From assembly GCA_964016885.1 (NCBI GenBank), contig OZ024740.1, forward strand, positions 80,662,001 to 80,726,000: a DNA stretch of 64,000 nt. The letters are read 5' to 3'. Shown here piece by piece: positions 11,726 to 29,244 of the stretch. A program made the translations under genes and the position numbers. Numbering within the stretch: position 1 is the first letter of the stretch; the number at the start of each line of letters is the position of its first letter. The notes below the pieces were generated by a model. That model saw only the letters and a program-made list of their open reading frames with translations, was not told the DNA's origin and made no database searches. The stretch comes from Eledone cirrhosa (lineage: Eukaryota).

Positions 11726-12129
11726 TATATTTTAATATATATATATATATATATATTAGAAAGTGAGGTTTTTTTTTTTTTTACAAAATGAAAAATAACT
11801 GAGGTGTCCTACACGAGTATAAGGAAAAAACATGAAATCGGGTGTTTTTTCATATATGAGTGAAGTTTGGTTGGTTGATGCAGTCACGTGAATAAGCACA
11901 TCAGCTTTCGCGCCAGTTTGTGTTTGAATTTCTTTTTACTTAAAAAAGTGGCTCACGACTGCTTTTTTTAAAAATAAATGTAATTTGATTGGTTATAAAT
12001 GAAATTATATTTGTCACGTGAACAAGTACATTAAATTTCGCGCCCGTATTTTGGAATGTTCTATATTTCTTTTAGCCTTTTAGACTCTATATTGAAATAA
12101 AGAAAGTAGAGATATGTATGTTTGTGCGC

Positions 12130-12203
<74 letters not shown>

Positions 12204-12601
12204 GAAGATTAGTAGAAATGTGGGGTGTGTATGTGTATGGGTGTTATGTGTGTGGGAGTATGGTTAGCATGTTAAGATGGAGAGAATATATATATTTTGT
12301 GTGTGTGTGTTATGTGTGTGTGTATGTGTGTGTGTGGGAGTGTGGTTAGCATGTTAAGATGGAGAGAATATATATATATTTTTTTCGTGTGTGTGTAGGA
12401 AGGTGATTCCATTAGTAGAAATTGGGGAGGGAGTTATGAGTGTGTGGGGATTGTGGTTAGCATGTTAAGGGTGTTAGAGTATTAACGTATGTTAAGGTTT
12501 ATTTAGTTCTGGTTTTTATATTCTAAACAGATGGTGTTATTTGTGCGTGTATGTATGTGTCTGTTTGGATGGTTAGCATGTTATGGTGTTGACATAATGT
12601 A

Positions 12602-14901
12602 TATTAAACTATATTTAATGCTGGTCTATATTTTTGAATAAACATATTTTCCTAATTTATTCGTATTTGTTCTGTTGTATTGACAGCGCAAATATAAAAT
12701 GGGAAGACTTGGAATTTGGGTGTCTTATTACTTGCGCATATGTCTAGATATGCACTTAGTGGTATCTGTCTCGTGGTTGAATCTCGTAATTTTTGCCGAT
12801 GAACTGTCATTCTGTTTCTGAGTGTGAATTTAGTTTGTCCTATATAATCTTCATTGCATCCTTTACATTTAATGGCATGAAGTAGATTTTTTGATGAGTA
12901 AGCGAAGTGACTTTTTACAGCAAAATTTTGTCCTGATTGAAATGTATACGTGTTGCTTTCAATGAGGTGAGTGCAGGTTCCACAATTAGAGTGATCACAT
13001 TTTTTGACAGTTGGTTGTGGGTTTGTGGTAGGTAATTTGGCATTGGTGAGTAATGTTTTCAGTTATTTCGGTTATCTTTTTCTTTTGATTATTTTGTGTG
13101 TTTCAAGGGCTTTTTTCATTCTTGGATCTTGTTTCAATAGTGGGTTGTTTTTGTGAATAGTGTTGTAAGCTTCCGCATTTCTTGGGTTGTGTGTTGAGAT
13201 ATATGATAGTATATTGGACGTACCTTGAATTTGTTTCTGTTTTCGTAATTCATCAATGCCTATTGCGTTAGCCCTTTCTATTCCATTATTTATTAGTAAT
13301 GGTGGGTACTGTCTTTCGAGTAGAATTTCCTTTAATTCTTGAAGTCTTTTATTTCGCGTTTCCTAATTGGAGACAATTGTGCAAATTTTTTTTTGCTAGG
13401 TTAAAAGGGATGTTCGTCTTCGTGTGCTTTGGATGATTGGAGCTGAATAGCAGGTATTGTTTGGAATCTGTTGGTTTGTAGTGTATGTCAGTTTCAATAG
13501 TTGTGTCTTTTTTAAAGATTAAGATGTCCAGAAATCGGAGTTGATCTTTGCTGTATTCCATTGTGAATTGGATGTGGTTATTGATGCCATTAATTAAATT
13601 TTTGAAATCATTTAGTTGGTCGAGTGTGTGAGACAAAAAAATGAGACAGTCATCCAAGTAGCGTTTCCAATTCTCTGATAAATATTTGTGGAAGTTCAAT
13701 CCGTATTTTGATTTGGATTGTTCATATATCTGGACTTCCAAGTATGCCATGACTAAGTTGGCATAAGTTGGAGCGGCTTTTGTACCCATCACAGTCCCCG
13801 ATATTTGCTTGTAAGCACTGCCATCGAAATCAAAAAAGTTGTTCTGTAGGATGAATTTTAATCCCTCGGTGATGAAGCTTTTTTCTATTCTGTCAGGTAT
13901 CTTATTGGGATATTTCTCTAGCCAGAATCCTATTGCTTATAGTCCGTATTGGTGTGGGATCGTTGTGTAGGGATTCACTACATCGAAAGACACAATAATA
14001 GTGTCGTTGTTGACATGTTTGGGGGGGGGGGTTAAGAGGTCCAGATCCTCTCTTACAAGGCTTGGTATGTGTTTGAGAATTGGTTTTAGTAGTATGTCTA
14101 TAAAGTTGCTTAGTCTGTGTGTTTCACATTGTGGGCCCGCTGCAATTGGTCTTAATTAAAGGTCTGTGGGGATTGTTTACAGGCATCGTTGAGATGGGTT
14201 GTTTACAGGCATCGTTAATTATTTTACACTTGTGGATCTTCGGAAATCCGTAAAGGTTGCTGGTTTTGTATTCAAAATGTGTTAAATAATCACGTTCCTT
14301 TTTAGTTAAGTCTTCCTGGTATCGACAAATAAATGTGTTTAATCTGGTCATCGTTTTTGATTGCTGGTAGTGTTTTACTCTTTCATAGTAGTTAGCATTT
14401 TGTAAGAGAGAGAACATAGAATTTTTATATTGTTCAGCATCCATAGTGACGACCATACTTGCCTTCTCCGCTTTCTTAATTATAATGTCCGTATTATTTT
14501 TTATAATCTCCCATTTCCTTCGACTCGAAGTTGGGTTTGGGTTTAGGTTGCGTTATTTCATGCTATAGGAAAGTTGCTATGTGGTCACAAAATTTGTCCA
14601 GAACGCTGTTTCTACCTTTTGTTGGGTTGTAGATGCTTTTATTCCGTACAATTGATTGGTCGTTATTCTCCTTGTCAAAACATTCCACTGTGAGACGTAA
14701 TTTTCTACAGAAGTGTGAGATATTGTCATTTATCCCATTGAGGTTAGAGTATTGTGGTGTTGGTGTGAATTTCAGTCCTTTGGAGAGAATTTTAATTTGT
14801 TGGGCTAAGAAGTTTGTATTTGAAAGGTTGATTATTTTAGGTTTTTCAAAATCGGTTTGTGCTACCGGGTGTCGTGGGTCCTGTAACCTTGGTCTAAAAA
14901 A
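12602..14901 (-). pseudogene. PLE RT + GIY-YIG ORF2, copy A, disrupted
   Basis: ORF fragments 14124-14456 and 13349-13792; homology to 30521-32825. Confidence 0.9.
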
Positions 14902-16034
14902 TGAATTTTCTGAATTGTTTTTTCATGGGTATTATGGCATCTAATGGCATTTCCCCTGTTGTTGTGTGGTCTTGTATAGAAGTTTCGGATGTATTGAGGT
15001 TCGCTTTGTTGATAGTCCGGGTTGTAGATTTTGTTCCTTTGTGTGGGTTGGATCTACGATGTTGGAACAGGTTCTGTGTGGGTTGGGCTCTACGGGTTTG
15101 GAATAGGTTTTATGTGGGTTGTGATCTGCGGATCGGGTCCTGTCTTGTGTTAGGTGACATTCGGTTTTTGTTAGTAGGGTTATAGTTTTGTCTATGGGTT
15201 CTGGGATTATCGTCATAGTTTTGCTGGGATTATGTTGGACGTTTTGTTACTTTTTTTTATTTGTTGTGCGTGGGGTGTGTGAGTTATAGTTTATTTTAAA
15301 AATGGGTTACCTGTATGTTGTTCATTTTTGAAATCCATTTCGTAGTTATTGAACCAGGTAGCGTTTTTTTCCCATTGCTGGAGGGATGTTAGTTCTTCAT
15401 CCTCACAATTTTCTTTCCAAAGTTTTAAGGTTTTTTCATAGAGTAGGCCTTCAGAGTACGTTGAGATTTCTGTTTCCATCTGTTGGTTGAGTGACTTGAA
15501 TTTTCCTTCGTTGGAGTTGGCTCTTAATCGCAAAATTCCTATTTCTATTTTAAAATTTTCTAACGGCATCTTTTCCCTAAGTTTTTGTTGGTTTTCTGGT
15601 TCATTCGGGATGTGTTTTATTTGGAGCTTTTTGGGGAGGATGATTGGGGTAGAGTTTAGCCACTTTTCATATATGTCTGCATTGCCATTATTTTTTATGA
15701 GATTCCAAAAGGCGAATTTGTGGGCTGTGAGATTTTGAGTCCATATATTGATTACGGTGTATTTCACTGAGTGGACATCTCGTAGATTGGGTTCTAATGG
15801 TTGTTCCAACTTTTGGAGCATTGCTGTTTCAACGGTTTCGATTAGTTTAGTTAATGCTGGAGTACTATTCGTCTCTTGGGTATTTTCTGCTTCTTCGATT
15901 GCTTTTGGTGAATCCGAAATCATCACTCCAAGTTGCACAATATGCAAGTCAGCAAGTTTGGAGGAAATCTCTATGAGTTCATTTAAGATGTCACGGTTCA
16001 GTGAGGTGTCGTTTTGTTGAGACTTTCGTGGCAT
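14895..16034 (-). pseudogene. PLE upstream ORF1 (coiled-coil + Q/N/R-rich tail), copy A
   Basis: 247-aa ORF 15291-16034 (premature TAA where copy B has CAA); homologous remnant continues to ...IHFLD. Confidence 0.8.
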
Positions 16035-16736
16035 TTTCGTTCTTCGTGTGATGGGTATGTATTAGAAAATGAGGGTTTCTTTTCAAAATGAAAATAACCA
16101 AGATGTCCTACACCAGTGAAAGTATAAGGAAGAAAGATGAAATCGAAAATGCAACTGGAGTCTTTAAAAAAAATATATATATTTATTTGGTTCCTTTACC
16201 GGTTTCGCAGTTCTTCTGCTTTTCAAAAGTACAACTGAAATGGAGAGTCTGTGGTTTATCTCACATCTGGTTGGTGTTCGAATGTTACTTCTGTTTTATA
16301 TGGAAAAAAGTGGCTCGAAATGCCAGGTTTTTAGAAAAGTAATTTGGTTGGTTGGTGAATAAGTATAATAAATTTCGCGCGAGTTCGCGTTACAAAGGTT
16401 GGGTTCAGGTTGTTTTTTCATATATAAGTGAAGTTTGGTTGGTTGAGGCAGTCACGTGAATAAGCACATCAGCTTTCGCGCCAGTTTGTGCTTGTATTTC
16501 TTTTTACTTAAAAAAGAGTGTCTCACGAAGGCTTTTTTTTATAAATGTAGTTTGATTGGTTATAAATGAAATTATATATATATATAATTATATATATATA
16601 TATATATAAGTAGTAACACAATAGTTAGTTCACTATACCGAGATATGGTGAACTAACTGGTGTGTTACCACTTCTACCTATCTCGTCCCATGAACTGAGT
16701 GCTCTACTACTACGGATATTACCTTCTTGTGTTCTA

Positions 16737-16835
<99 letters not shown>

Positions 16836-16950
16836 TATGTATGTGTGTTAGTATGTGTGTGTTTCCTTAGAAAGGGCAAAGGAAAGAAGAGTAGTCTATG
16901 TATAGTACTCAGTTATTTAATTATATAATAAACAGAAACGTCCAGTACGA

Positions 16951-17016
16951 TCATCTGATGACCGTACTGGACGTTTCTGTTAAGATCGTCTAGTTTCATG
17001 AAACTTTGGGTAATGG
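16951..17016 (+). ncRNA. hammerhead ribozyme overlapped by a 51-bp palindrome
   Basis: TCAT-CTGATGA-CCGT ACTGGACG...CGTCTAGT TTCAT-GAAAC TTTGG GTA^ATGG. Confidence 0.6.
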
Positions 17017-17218
17017 AATAATTATTTTGTGTTGTTTATTATACAATTATATATATATATATATTTTAATTTTTTTAGTATATGTTGGTTGTATACCAAC
17101 ACCTCAGTATGTAGGCTGGAGCACTCGACGAAGTGCGCAGGTTGGTTGGGTTACTCCAGAATAATGTAAAATAAATTAAAATAAAAAGTCAAATGTTTAA
17201 AATTTAGCTTCGTTTATT

Positions 17219-17273
17219 ACTGCTATATACATTTCGGTGACAGCCATCTTTGGCTGTGACCTCTTCAGGCAGT
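17219..17273 (-). ncRNA. type I hammerhead ribozyme
   Basis: ACTGC-CTGAAGA-GGTCACAGCCA AAGA TGGCTGTCACC-GAAAT GTAT ATA^GCAGT followed by AATAAA. Confidence 0.88.
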
Positions 17274-17774
17274 CCGAATTAGTGTTGTACAGACAAGTAC
17301 ATATGTTGTTGAGGTGTATAATTTTGTCAATACTCTGATATGCCTAGTTCCTGGTTGGGTTGTTATTTCACTGAGGAACTGGAATCATATGAATTCAAAC
17401 AAACGAATTTCAGTGTCAAAGGGCCTCTTCTCCTCTCATTGGTCAATTGTTAGAACATTCCTCATTCAGAAGTCTATAGAAATTCGTTCTGAGGCAAGCC
17501 AATCTGTAGTTGTTGTTCTTGTTACTGTTAGGTACATCTGACCTCAATTCTTGTGTTGGTAGTGTTGTTATTGTTGGAGTTAGCTTAACAAATTGATAAA
17601 GTGGTAGAAGGAACAAGGTGGTAAAGGAACAAAATAACAAAAAAACGTCAAACTTCCCATTGGTCAGTTTTGAGAGAATTCCTCAGTCAGAAGTCTATAG
17701 AAATTCTTTCTGGGGTGAGGCTCCCTGTAGTGTTTGTGTTTGCCTAACAATAGCAAACACAAACACTACACGGT

Positions 17775-18200
17775 AAATTTTCTCCCTCTCCATATACCAC
17801 TACATACCTCACTCTATCATTGTCACAATTTCACCTCTCTCACTAAACCACTATATACCTCACTATCTCATAATTCTCCCTCTTTCACAAGACCACCGAA
17901 TTCTCCCCCTCTCTATATTCCACTACATACCTCACTCACTGTCACTCTCTTAATTCCCCCTCTCTCACTAGAACAACAAATTCTCTCTCTCTATATATAT
18001 TCCACTACGTAACTCATTCCCCCGCTCTCTATATCCCACTACATACCTCACTTACTCTCACAATTCCCACTCTCTCAGTAGACCACCAAATTCTCTCCTC
18101 CTCTCTAAATCTTACTATATGCCGCACTCTCTCTCACTCTCACAATATCCACTCTCACTAAACTAACAACCTCTCTCCCCTCATTCGATACTACTATATA
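17775..18200. repeat. degenerate CT-rich minisatellite (~65-bp unit)
   Basis: Recurrent CCACTACATACCTCACT...AATTCCC...CTCTCACTA units. Confidence 0.7.
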
Positions 18201-18213
18201 CTATCTATCTATC

Positions 18214-22597
<4,384 letters not shown>

Positions 22598-22791
22598 GGA
22601 TCTATCTATCTACTAAAACTCTGTGATTGTGTGCTTGTCTGTAATTTAATTCACTTAGAACGGCGCATAATGAGAAAATACTTTGAAAGGAAGTTGCCCC
22701 TGAAATGGGAATACAAATGGAATAAAACAAGTTTCGCGTAAACTGGAGCACGGGCTGCCGAGCGATAGGGCTTTTCCGGGTATCTTTGTAA

Positions 22792-22848
<57 letters not shown>

Positions 22849-23060
22849 TTTAGAGAGAAAGAGATAGTGGTTGTGAGAGAGTAGATTGAAAGAGAGACAT
22901 AGAGAGAGAGATATAAAGAGAGTTGGTGGTGCAGTTGAAGGGTATTATAGTAAGGGACTTGTGCGTGTGTGTGTGGGTGTGTGTGTCTGTATGTGACTAG
23001 TGTATATAGGTCACAGGCATCCACACACATATATATATATATACACACACACACACATAC

Positions 23061-23091
<31 letters not shown>

Positions 23092-23121
23092 TATATATAT
23101 ATAGACTATATATATATATAT

Positions 23122-23285
23122 TTATATCTGTATTTTTAACCGTTGGTCGCACAATGATAAACATTGATTGCCAAATAAATTAACTATGGAGATATAAAAG
23201 ATACAGAAGCAAAAACCAACCAAACAGTGTGTTTTGTTATTATTTCTGGCACTATTATTACAACAATATAACTCTCTCCAAGTAT

Positions 23286-23291
<6 letters not shown>
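23122..23291 (-). repeat. dispersed non-coding repeat (family of 28455-28670)
   Basis: Shares AAAACCAACCAAACAG...TTCTGGCA...CCAAGTATAACAAT with 36570-36765. Confidence 0.7.
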
Positions 23292-23351
<60 letters not shown>

Positions 23352-24199
23352 GGGCCATCCAATTTCTTTTTATATTATTTACATGTCTGTGTATATTTTA
23401 ATTATTCTAAAATTATCTGTAATTGAACATGAATAAGAAAAAATATTGACCCAATGTGTCACGGGTGGTCTAGTAAATATATATTTTTTTTCTGTGGACA
23501 CTAATAAAAGCATACGTCTGTGTAGACACACATATATGCACCCATGTCTGTGTGTGTGAGAATTTGTCTGTGCACATGTAAGCAATATTAAAAAAAAATA
23601 GGCTTAACGTTTAGGTTAATTGTTGTTAAGAATTATAAATCATCGTACTGATTGATACATACGTTTCATATTGTTTTTCTTGTAACATAATATATACTCA
23701 GAATTAATATTGGTTGTAATTTCTATTTATAAGTGTTATTAAATTGGTAAGCCCTCATTGCATTCCTCTAATCTTTACTCGATGCAAAATACGAGTATTA
23801 AATGTACCAGTTAAACGAACCACTGTATGATATATGTAGTTAAAAAAGAAATTTTTTACGCGTCTTGTTTCCATAATGTCTAATATTTTCCCCACAAGAT
23901 GAAAAGCTTGTTTATGTTTTTCGAATTTTCGTGTAGGTTGTCACTAAACATATGGTTGGTAAAAAAATAATTTTATTTATACTATCTAATGACTCTAACG
24001 ATTTCTGTGCAGTTGAATTAAATAGGATCTCCTGCATTTCAATTACATAATGTATTAAACTTTGGTTAGTATTCCTCATACACACACACACGCACACCAC
24101 CCACACACACACACATACACACACACCCATACACACAAACACATACACACACATGCACATACACACGCACATATATATATATATACACATATGTATATA

Positions 24200-24382
24200 A
24201 TAATTGTTTCTACTTTAGGCACAAGGCCAGCAATTACCCAGTGCATTACTAGTGCTTTTATTTTATCGACCCCGTAAGGATCAAAGGCAAAGTCAACCTC
24301 GGCGGGATTTGAACTCAGATCGTAAAGGGACGTAACTATGCTGGAAAGCATGGCGGCCGACCCTCTACCGATACTGCCAAAT
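24200..24382 (-). mobile_element. SINE family 1
   Basis: Reverse complement of the 9359-9546 consensus. Confidence 0.85.
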
Positions 24383-24974
24383 TGTGGTTGAAATCATTTC
24401 TATCCACCTACTATAAAGCGCTAATTAGCCTGCGTCGTATTAACGTAACGAGAAATAACTTATATATAGGCGAAAAAAATAGAAATAATTTTGCAGTTTT
24501 GCTAAAACTATTAAAAATGAATAAAAATCTATGTTGGATATCACAAACGCATTGTTATATCGGGAATAATTGTCTTTAAATCAGACTCTTGTCTTCCCGA
24601 AATATTACATTATCTGATTGTTATCTGACAGATAAGTTGTTGCAGATGATAGAATAGCTGATACACTTTCTTGTTTATTCTAAGTATAAGGACACACACT
24701 GAGTCATCCATATTCCTGAAGTACATCCACACACCTGAGATATATTCATTTCTTACAATCCCAGTATAATTGTACGACACCAATATATTAATCTATGATC
24801 CAATACGACGGTGACAAAAATGATATTCAGTGCCACAAATAGTACAAAAATAAAACAAACAAACAAAAAAAAACCTTTGCTTTGAAAGCGCTGGTTCATC
24901 AAAACGTGTAACTATTTTTCTCTGTCAACAATCTAACATTTAAAGCATGTTTTCCTACAATGTTATTGTGCATT

Positions 24975-25114
24975 ATAGTTACGTCCCTTTACGGTCTGAG
25001 TTGAAATTCAGTCGAGGTTAACTTTGCCATTCATCCTTACGGGGTCGATAAAATAAAGTACCAGTAATGCACTGGAATAATTGCTGGCCTTCTGTCAAAA
25101 GTAGAAACAATTAT
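24975..25114 (+). mobile_element. SINE family 1, 5'-truncated
   Basis: Core and tail match the family. Confidence 0.85.
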
Positions 25115-25140
25115 ATTATTGAGAACTACTAGGATAAATT

Positions 25141-25302
25141 AATTGTTTCTACTTTTGGCACAAGGCCAGCAACTATCCCAGTACATTACTGGTACTTTAT
25201 TTTATCGACCCCGTAAGGATGAAAGGCAAAGTTAACCTCGGCGGGAATTGAACTCAGATCGTAAATGGACGTAACTATGCTGGAAAGCATGTCCGACCCT
25301 CT
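25141..25302 (-). mobile_element. SINE family 1 with 17-bp target-site duplication (TSD)
   Basis: TACTAGGATAAATTAAT at 25127-25143 and 25303-25319. Confidence 0.88.
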
Positions 25303-26949
25303 TACTAGGATAAATTAATGGATCTCTTTGCGGAAGAGTTGTGAGATCATAAACCATCATTTTAAATATGATACTTCAAATATTGAATGGAGGTTTTTCA
25401 CTTAGAAAGGTAACAATAAATTTTAATCAGCTTGCACTATTCTTGATTTCACTAAAATATATAAAGAAATTTCAACATACATTATGACTCTTTGCATGCA
25501 TCAATCATTCTCCCCACCTATATCACACATGATGCGCCGGGAAATGGCTTCAACAACAAAAGTACTGACCATTACACTAATTATAGAAGCTATGCTTCAA
25601 ACTTAACCACCAATTAACAGTCCATTAGAAGCAATCGTGTGGTTGTAGATATAGCTGAATGGTCAGAATGTCATTTCACAATCAGGAATTCCCAAGTCCG
25701 CTCTCAATTCATAGTAACTTCGGCAAGTGTCGTTATCTTAAGCTCGGCGTACCGCTACCTTCTGAGTGAAATTGGATAGGGGGAACCTGTGTGAAAGTCT
25801 GTAGGATGGAGTTTGTCTGTAATTCAAAGGTTTAGCCATGCCACATATTTGATATTGATTAAGTTTGAGAATTGCATTAGGAGTGCACATATATATGGAA
25901 TACTCAGCTAGTTACGGGTTAATTTAATTAGTGGGACGTTCAGCTTTTGGAAAACGTGAGCACCTATCGTTAAAATCCTCGGAAAATATATCGGAAGCAA
26001 TTAGCATAGTACCAATTAACAAAAACTAAACTAATTTTACACGTAATCTAAAGTAAATTACAGAGATAGTCCTGACGAGAAGGAAATATAATGGAAGTAG
26101 TTGATAGTCTCCATCACAGTCAGTTCATCTCTTCCACTGCTCATTACGTCATCCCCGACTGTGTATTACTCGTAAACCTCTTGATAACGAACTGTATCAA
26201 GCTGTCTTACCAGAACACGCTTTTTCTAAAACCCTCTCCCTGCCTACTTTGTTTCTTGCTGACCCCAAGCAATAAAGCCACTAAAATGCAAGGGTTTACT
26301 GGGAAGCGAGAAGGGCACTATATAACATGAGAACAGAGTGAAGATAGTGTTTGCTTTTGCTTTTGAATTCTTGCTAATTGTAGTTGCTCAGGAAAATAAG
26401 AAGCCGAATGAGAATTCCATAGGCTAGATGTGCGAGGGAAGAAACTATTAGAAAAATGTATTTGCGAATGCATTTATCAACTTCAGCTGTAGTTAGATAC
26501 AATCTAGCCTCCAGTCTGTTGCTACGTGTAAATTCGAGAAGAGAGAGTGTAACACAGTGGAAAGCTCAACAGAACAATGTCCATCTACTTTCATATAATT
26601 GTCGACTAACATACATTCAATCTGAATATTAATTCTATTGATGTGGTCAGACTCAGCAGAGGGCCGCCACGTGTTTACGACTGGATGACGAAAAGAAAAA
26701 GCTAAGAATTGTTGATGGGAAAGAAACATATTAAAGATCTGGCAAGGAAGAGACGAAGAGTATTTATAAAGTCATAATGTTCAATATTCAATAGCACACA
26801 AGTCATGGCACACACTAATTATAAAACCTGATTTACCGTATTGTAAATCTGTCCAAAATATGCCACAATAGAAACTACTGATGTTAAAGCAATGATGACA
26901 ACAGTAGCGACAAGGAGAACGGACATGATGATGATGATGATTATAATGC

Positions 26950-26981
<32 letters not shown>

Positions 26982-27808
26982 ATGATGATAAGGAATAGGG
27001 AGGATGACTATGGCATAATTTAATTAGTTCTCAACGTACAGGAGATATGATAGGAAATACCAGAATACAATGCATTAGTCTACGATCAATCACTGACACA
27101 TTATTTGCCATAAATAAGAAAACCAAGACGCATGAATCAGCTAGTTACCTCCCCTCACGCATTAACTCCCCTTAATCACACACATACTTCCGGATAATAA
27201 AACGATGTAAATTCTCGCAACAATTGGATTAAAGAACACTGAGCCGCAACAAGCTATAATAATTTAACTTAATACATCCAACATCAAATACGGAATCATC
27301 GTTAATTATGTGAAGGACATATAAACTATATATTACGTCTCCTGAATTGTGAAAATGGTGGTGTAACATTATTTTGCTTCTCATTTATACTAATTCTCTG
27401 CACACAAGTTTCTTTATCATACACAAAAAATACCTTACCACTACAACCTCCATATTACTCTTGATTACCCGCTTAAAGTGCTTGTATTGCATATAACACC
27501 CTGCCGCACAATAATCATATATAAATAAAACACACGTGCATGCCCCACGTGTAACTAATGCATACAATAACTACTACAACTGACCAACAAACTATCCTCT
27601 TGCATTATCTACGTTAACTGCCGATGTTGTATTTTAATTTTAATTTTGCTTTGATTCTGTTTTAATATGATTTTAATTTTTGAATTTAAATTGCCATTCA
27701 GAAATAATATAATATATGTCACCCCACTGTGCATCAATATATACATATGTATCTGTATGTCTCTTGCGTTGGAAAGGAGGTCATGACTGTATACAAAGAT
27801 TAAATAAT

Positions 27809-27853
27809 GCTCCGAAGACGCTAAGCCTCGGTTTGGATGAAACAATTGTAAGC
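27809..27853 (+). ncRNA. hammerhead ribozyme, U4C core variant (solo pLTR-like)
   Basis: GCT-CCGAAGA-CG CTAAGCC TC GGTTTGG AT-GAAAC AATT GTA^AGC, then AATAAA. Confidence 0.7.
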
Positions 27854-27884
27854 TAATAAATGGTTTGAACATAACTTTGATTCC

Positions 27885-27970
<86 letters not shown>

Positions 27971-28246
27971 AGACCTGATTGGTTCTTTCGTTGCTTTGGT
28001 TTCATGTGGCTGGGCTCACCTGTCGCAGTTTTCGATTTGGCAGTCCATCTAACGTATGTTATTACTCTAATATGACACAACCTTATAGTAAAAAAAACCC
28101 AAAACAAACCCCTTTTAAAGGGAGACTACTCTTTTTCCACCTAATTTTAACTCTTTGACATTAGAGATAGAACAGATACTCTATACTATTTCCTGTCAGC
28201 ATGGCTTGGCAAGATATTTAGAACGCTGGTTTGAGACCTTTATTTC

Positions 28247-28281
28247 CCTCTGAAGAAGAGATATTATCTCGAAAATTAAGG
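28247..28281 (+). ncRNA. minimal hammerhead ribozyme (solo pLTR-like)
   Basis: CCT-CTGAAGA-A GAGAT ATT ATCTC-GAAAA TTA^AGG, with AATAAA shortly downstream. Confidence 0.72.
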
Positions 28282-28399
28282 ACGTTTAAAATAAATCTAA
28301 GGTAAAAGACGAATTGTCAACAATATCTTTTGCAATTGCATTCTTCTTTTTTCTATGTCCATACCTACATTGTTTTGGCTTTATTATACATATTCAAAC

Positions 28400-28454
<55 letters not shown>

Positions 28455-28459
<5 letters not shown>

Positions 28460-28670
28460 ATATTTGGGGAGGGTCATATTTGCGTAATATTGCCAGAATT
28501 AATAACAGAACACACTCACTGTTTGGTTGGTTTTCGCTTCTCGCTGTCTTTTATATATATATATCTGCGATCTAACTTACTCGGTCCTCAATGTTGCCAT
28601 TGACTGACCGGCGGTCAAAAATAACACAGATACAATATAGACACAAACACATATATATAGTTTACATAAT
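28455..28670 (+). repeat. dispersed non-coding repeat; inverted partner at 29245-29350
   Basis: Near-identical to 36356-36560; its first ~55 bp recur inverted at 29245-29303. Confidence 0.85.
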
Positions 28671-28681
28671 TTACATAAATC

Positions 28682-29244
28682 TTTCGTTGCACATCTGCAA
28701 CATCGTCAGTGGTGTTATATTCATTGTTCCTCCTGTTGTGTTGTATGTCTACGCCATTTTTTTTGTTCAGTCTGTCTATATATTTATTTATTTATTTGCT
28801 TGTTTGTTTATCTTATTTTATTTTGTCTTCTTTGCACATGCGTTTGCGTGTGTGTATAGTGTTATGTGTGATGTGTGACTAGTGTGTATAGTGTTGTGTC
28901 TGCTGGGTGACTAGTGTGTGTTTATGTGCTTGTGTATGTATTTATTTATCTTATTTTATTTTATTTTATTTACTTATTTATACTTCTCTTAGGTCAGTGT
29001 TGTTTGTTTGGGTGTTGTTGTTGTTCCACTCATTCTTTCTGTTTAGCTTTGGTCTTCTAATTTCTATTTCACTGGCCTCTCTGATTTGCCTATCTGCTGG
29101 GTCATTCCTATGTTTAGAAATTATTCTAATTTCTATGTTGTCTATGTTACCGTCATGTTGTTGTCTAGCATGTTCGTATAGTACTGACCCGTTTTTTCGT
29201 CCTTTTAGTTCCCCCCAGTGTTGGTCTATCCTTTCACCTATGCT
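28682..29244 (-). mobile_element. PLE 3' fragment (GIY-YIG C-terminus, 3' UTR, truncated HHR)
   Basis: SIGERIDQHWGEL...RQIREASEIEIRRPKLNRKNEW; CTGACGA-T GTTGCA GATG TGCAAC-GAAA at 28682-28709. Same family as 40510-41470 and 62930-64000. Confidence 0.85.

Larger units (their letters stand above)
11754..16575 (-). mobile_element. two-ORF Penelope-like element, copy A (more decayed)
   Basis: Colinear with 29372-34352. Motifs LSKGLKFTPTP, MGTKAAPTYANL and RYLDD, plus a GIY-YIG C-terminus. Repeated terminal blocks 11840-12010 and 16405-16575. Confidence 0.93.

Noticed and set aside
17439-17712. Two ~50-bp direct repeats and neighbouring minisatellite resembling a CRISPR-like array
   Set aside because: Eukaryotic context, degenerate units, no unique equal-length spacers and no cas genes.
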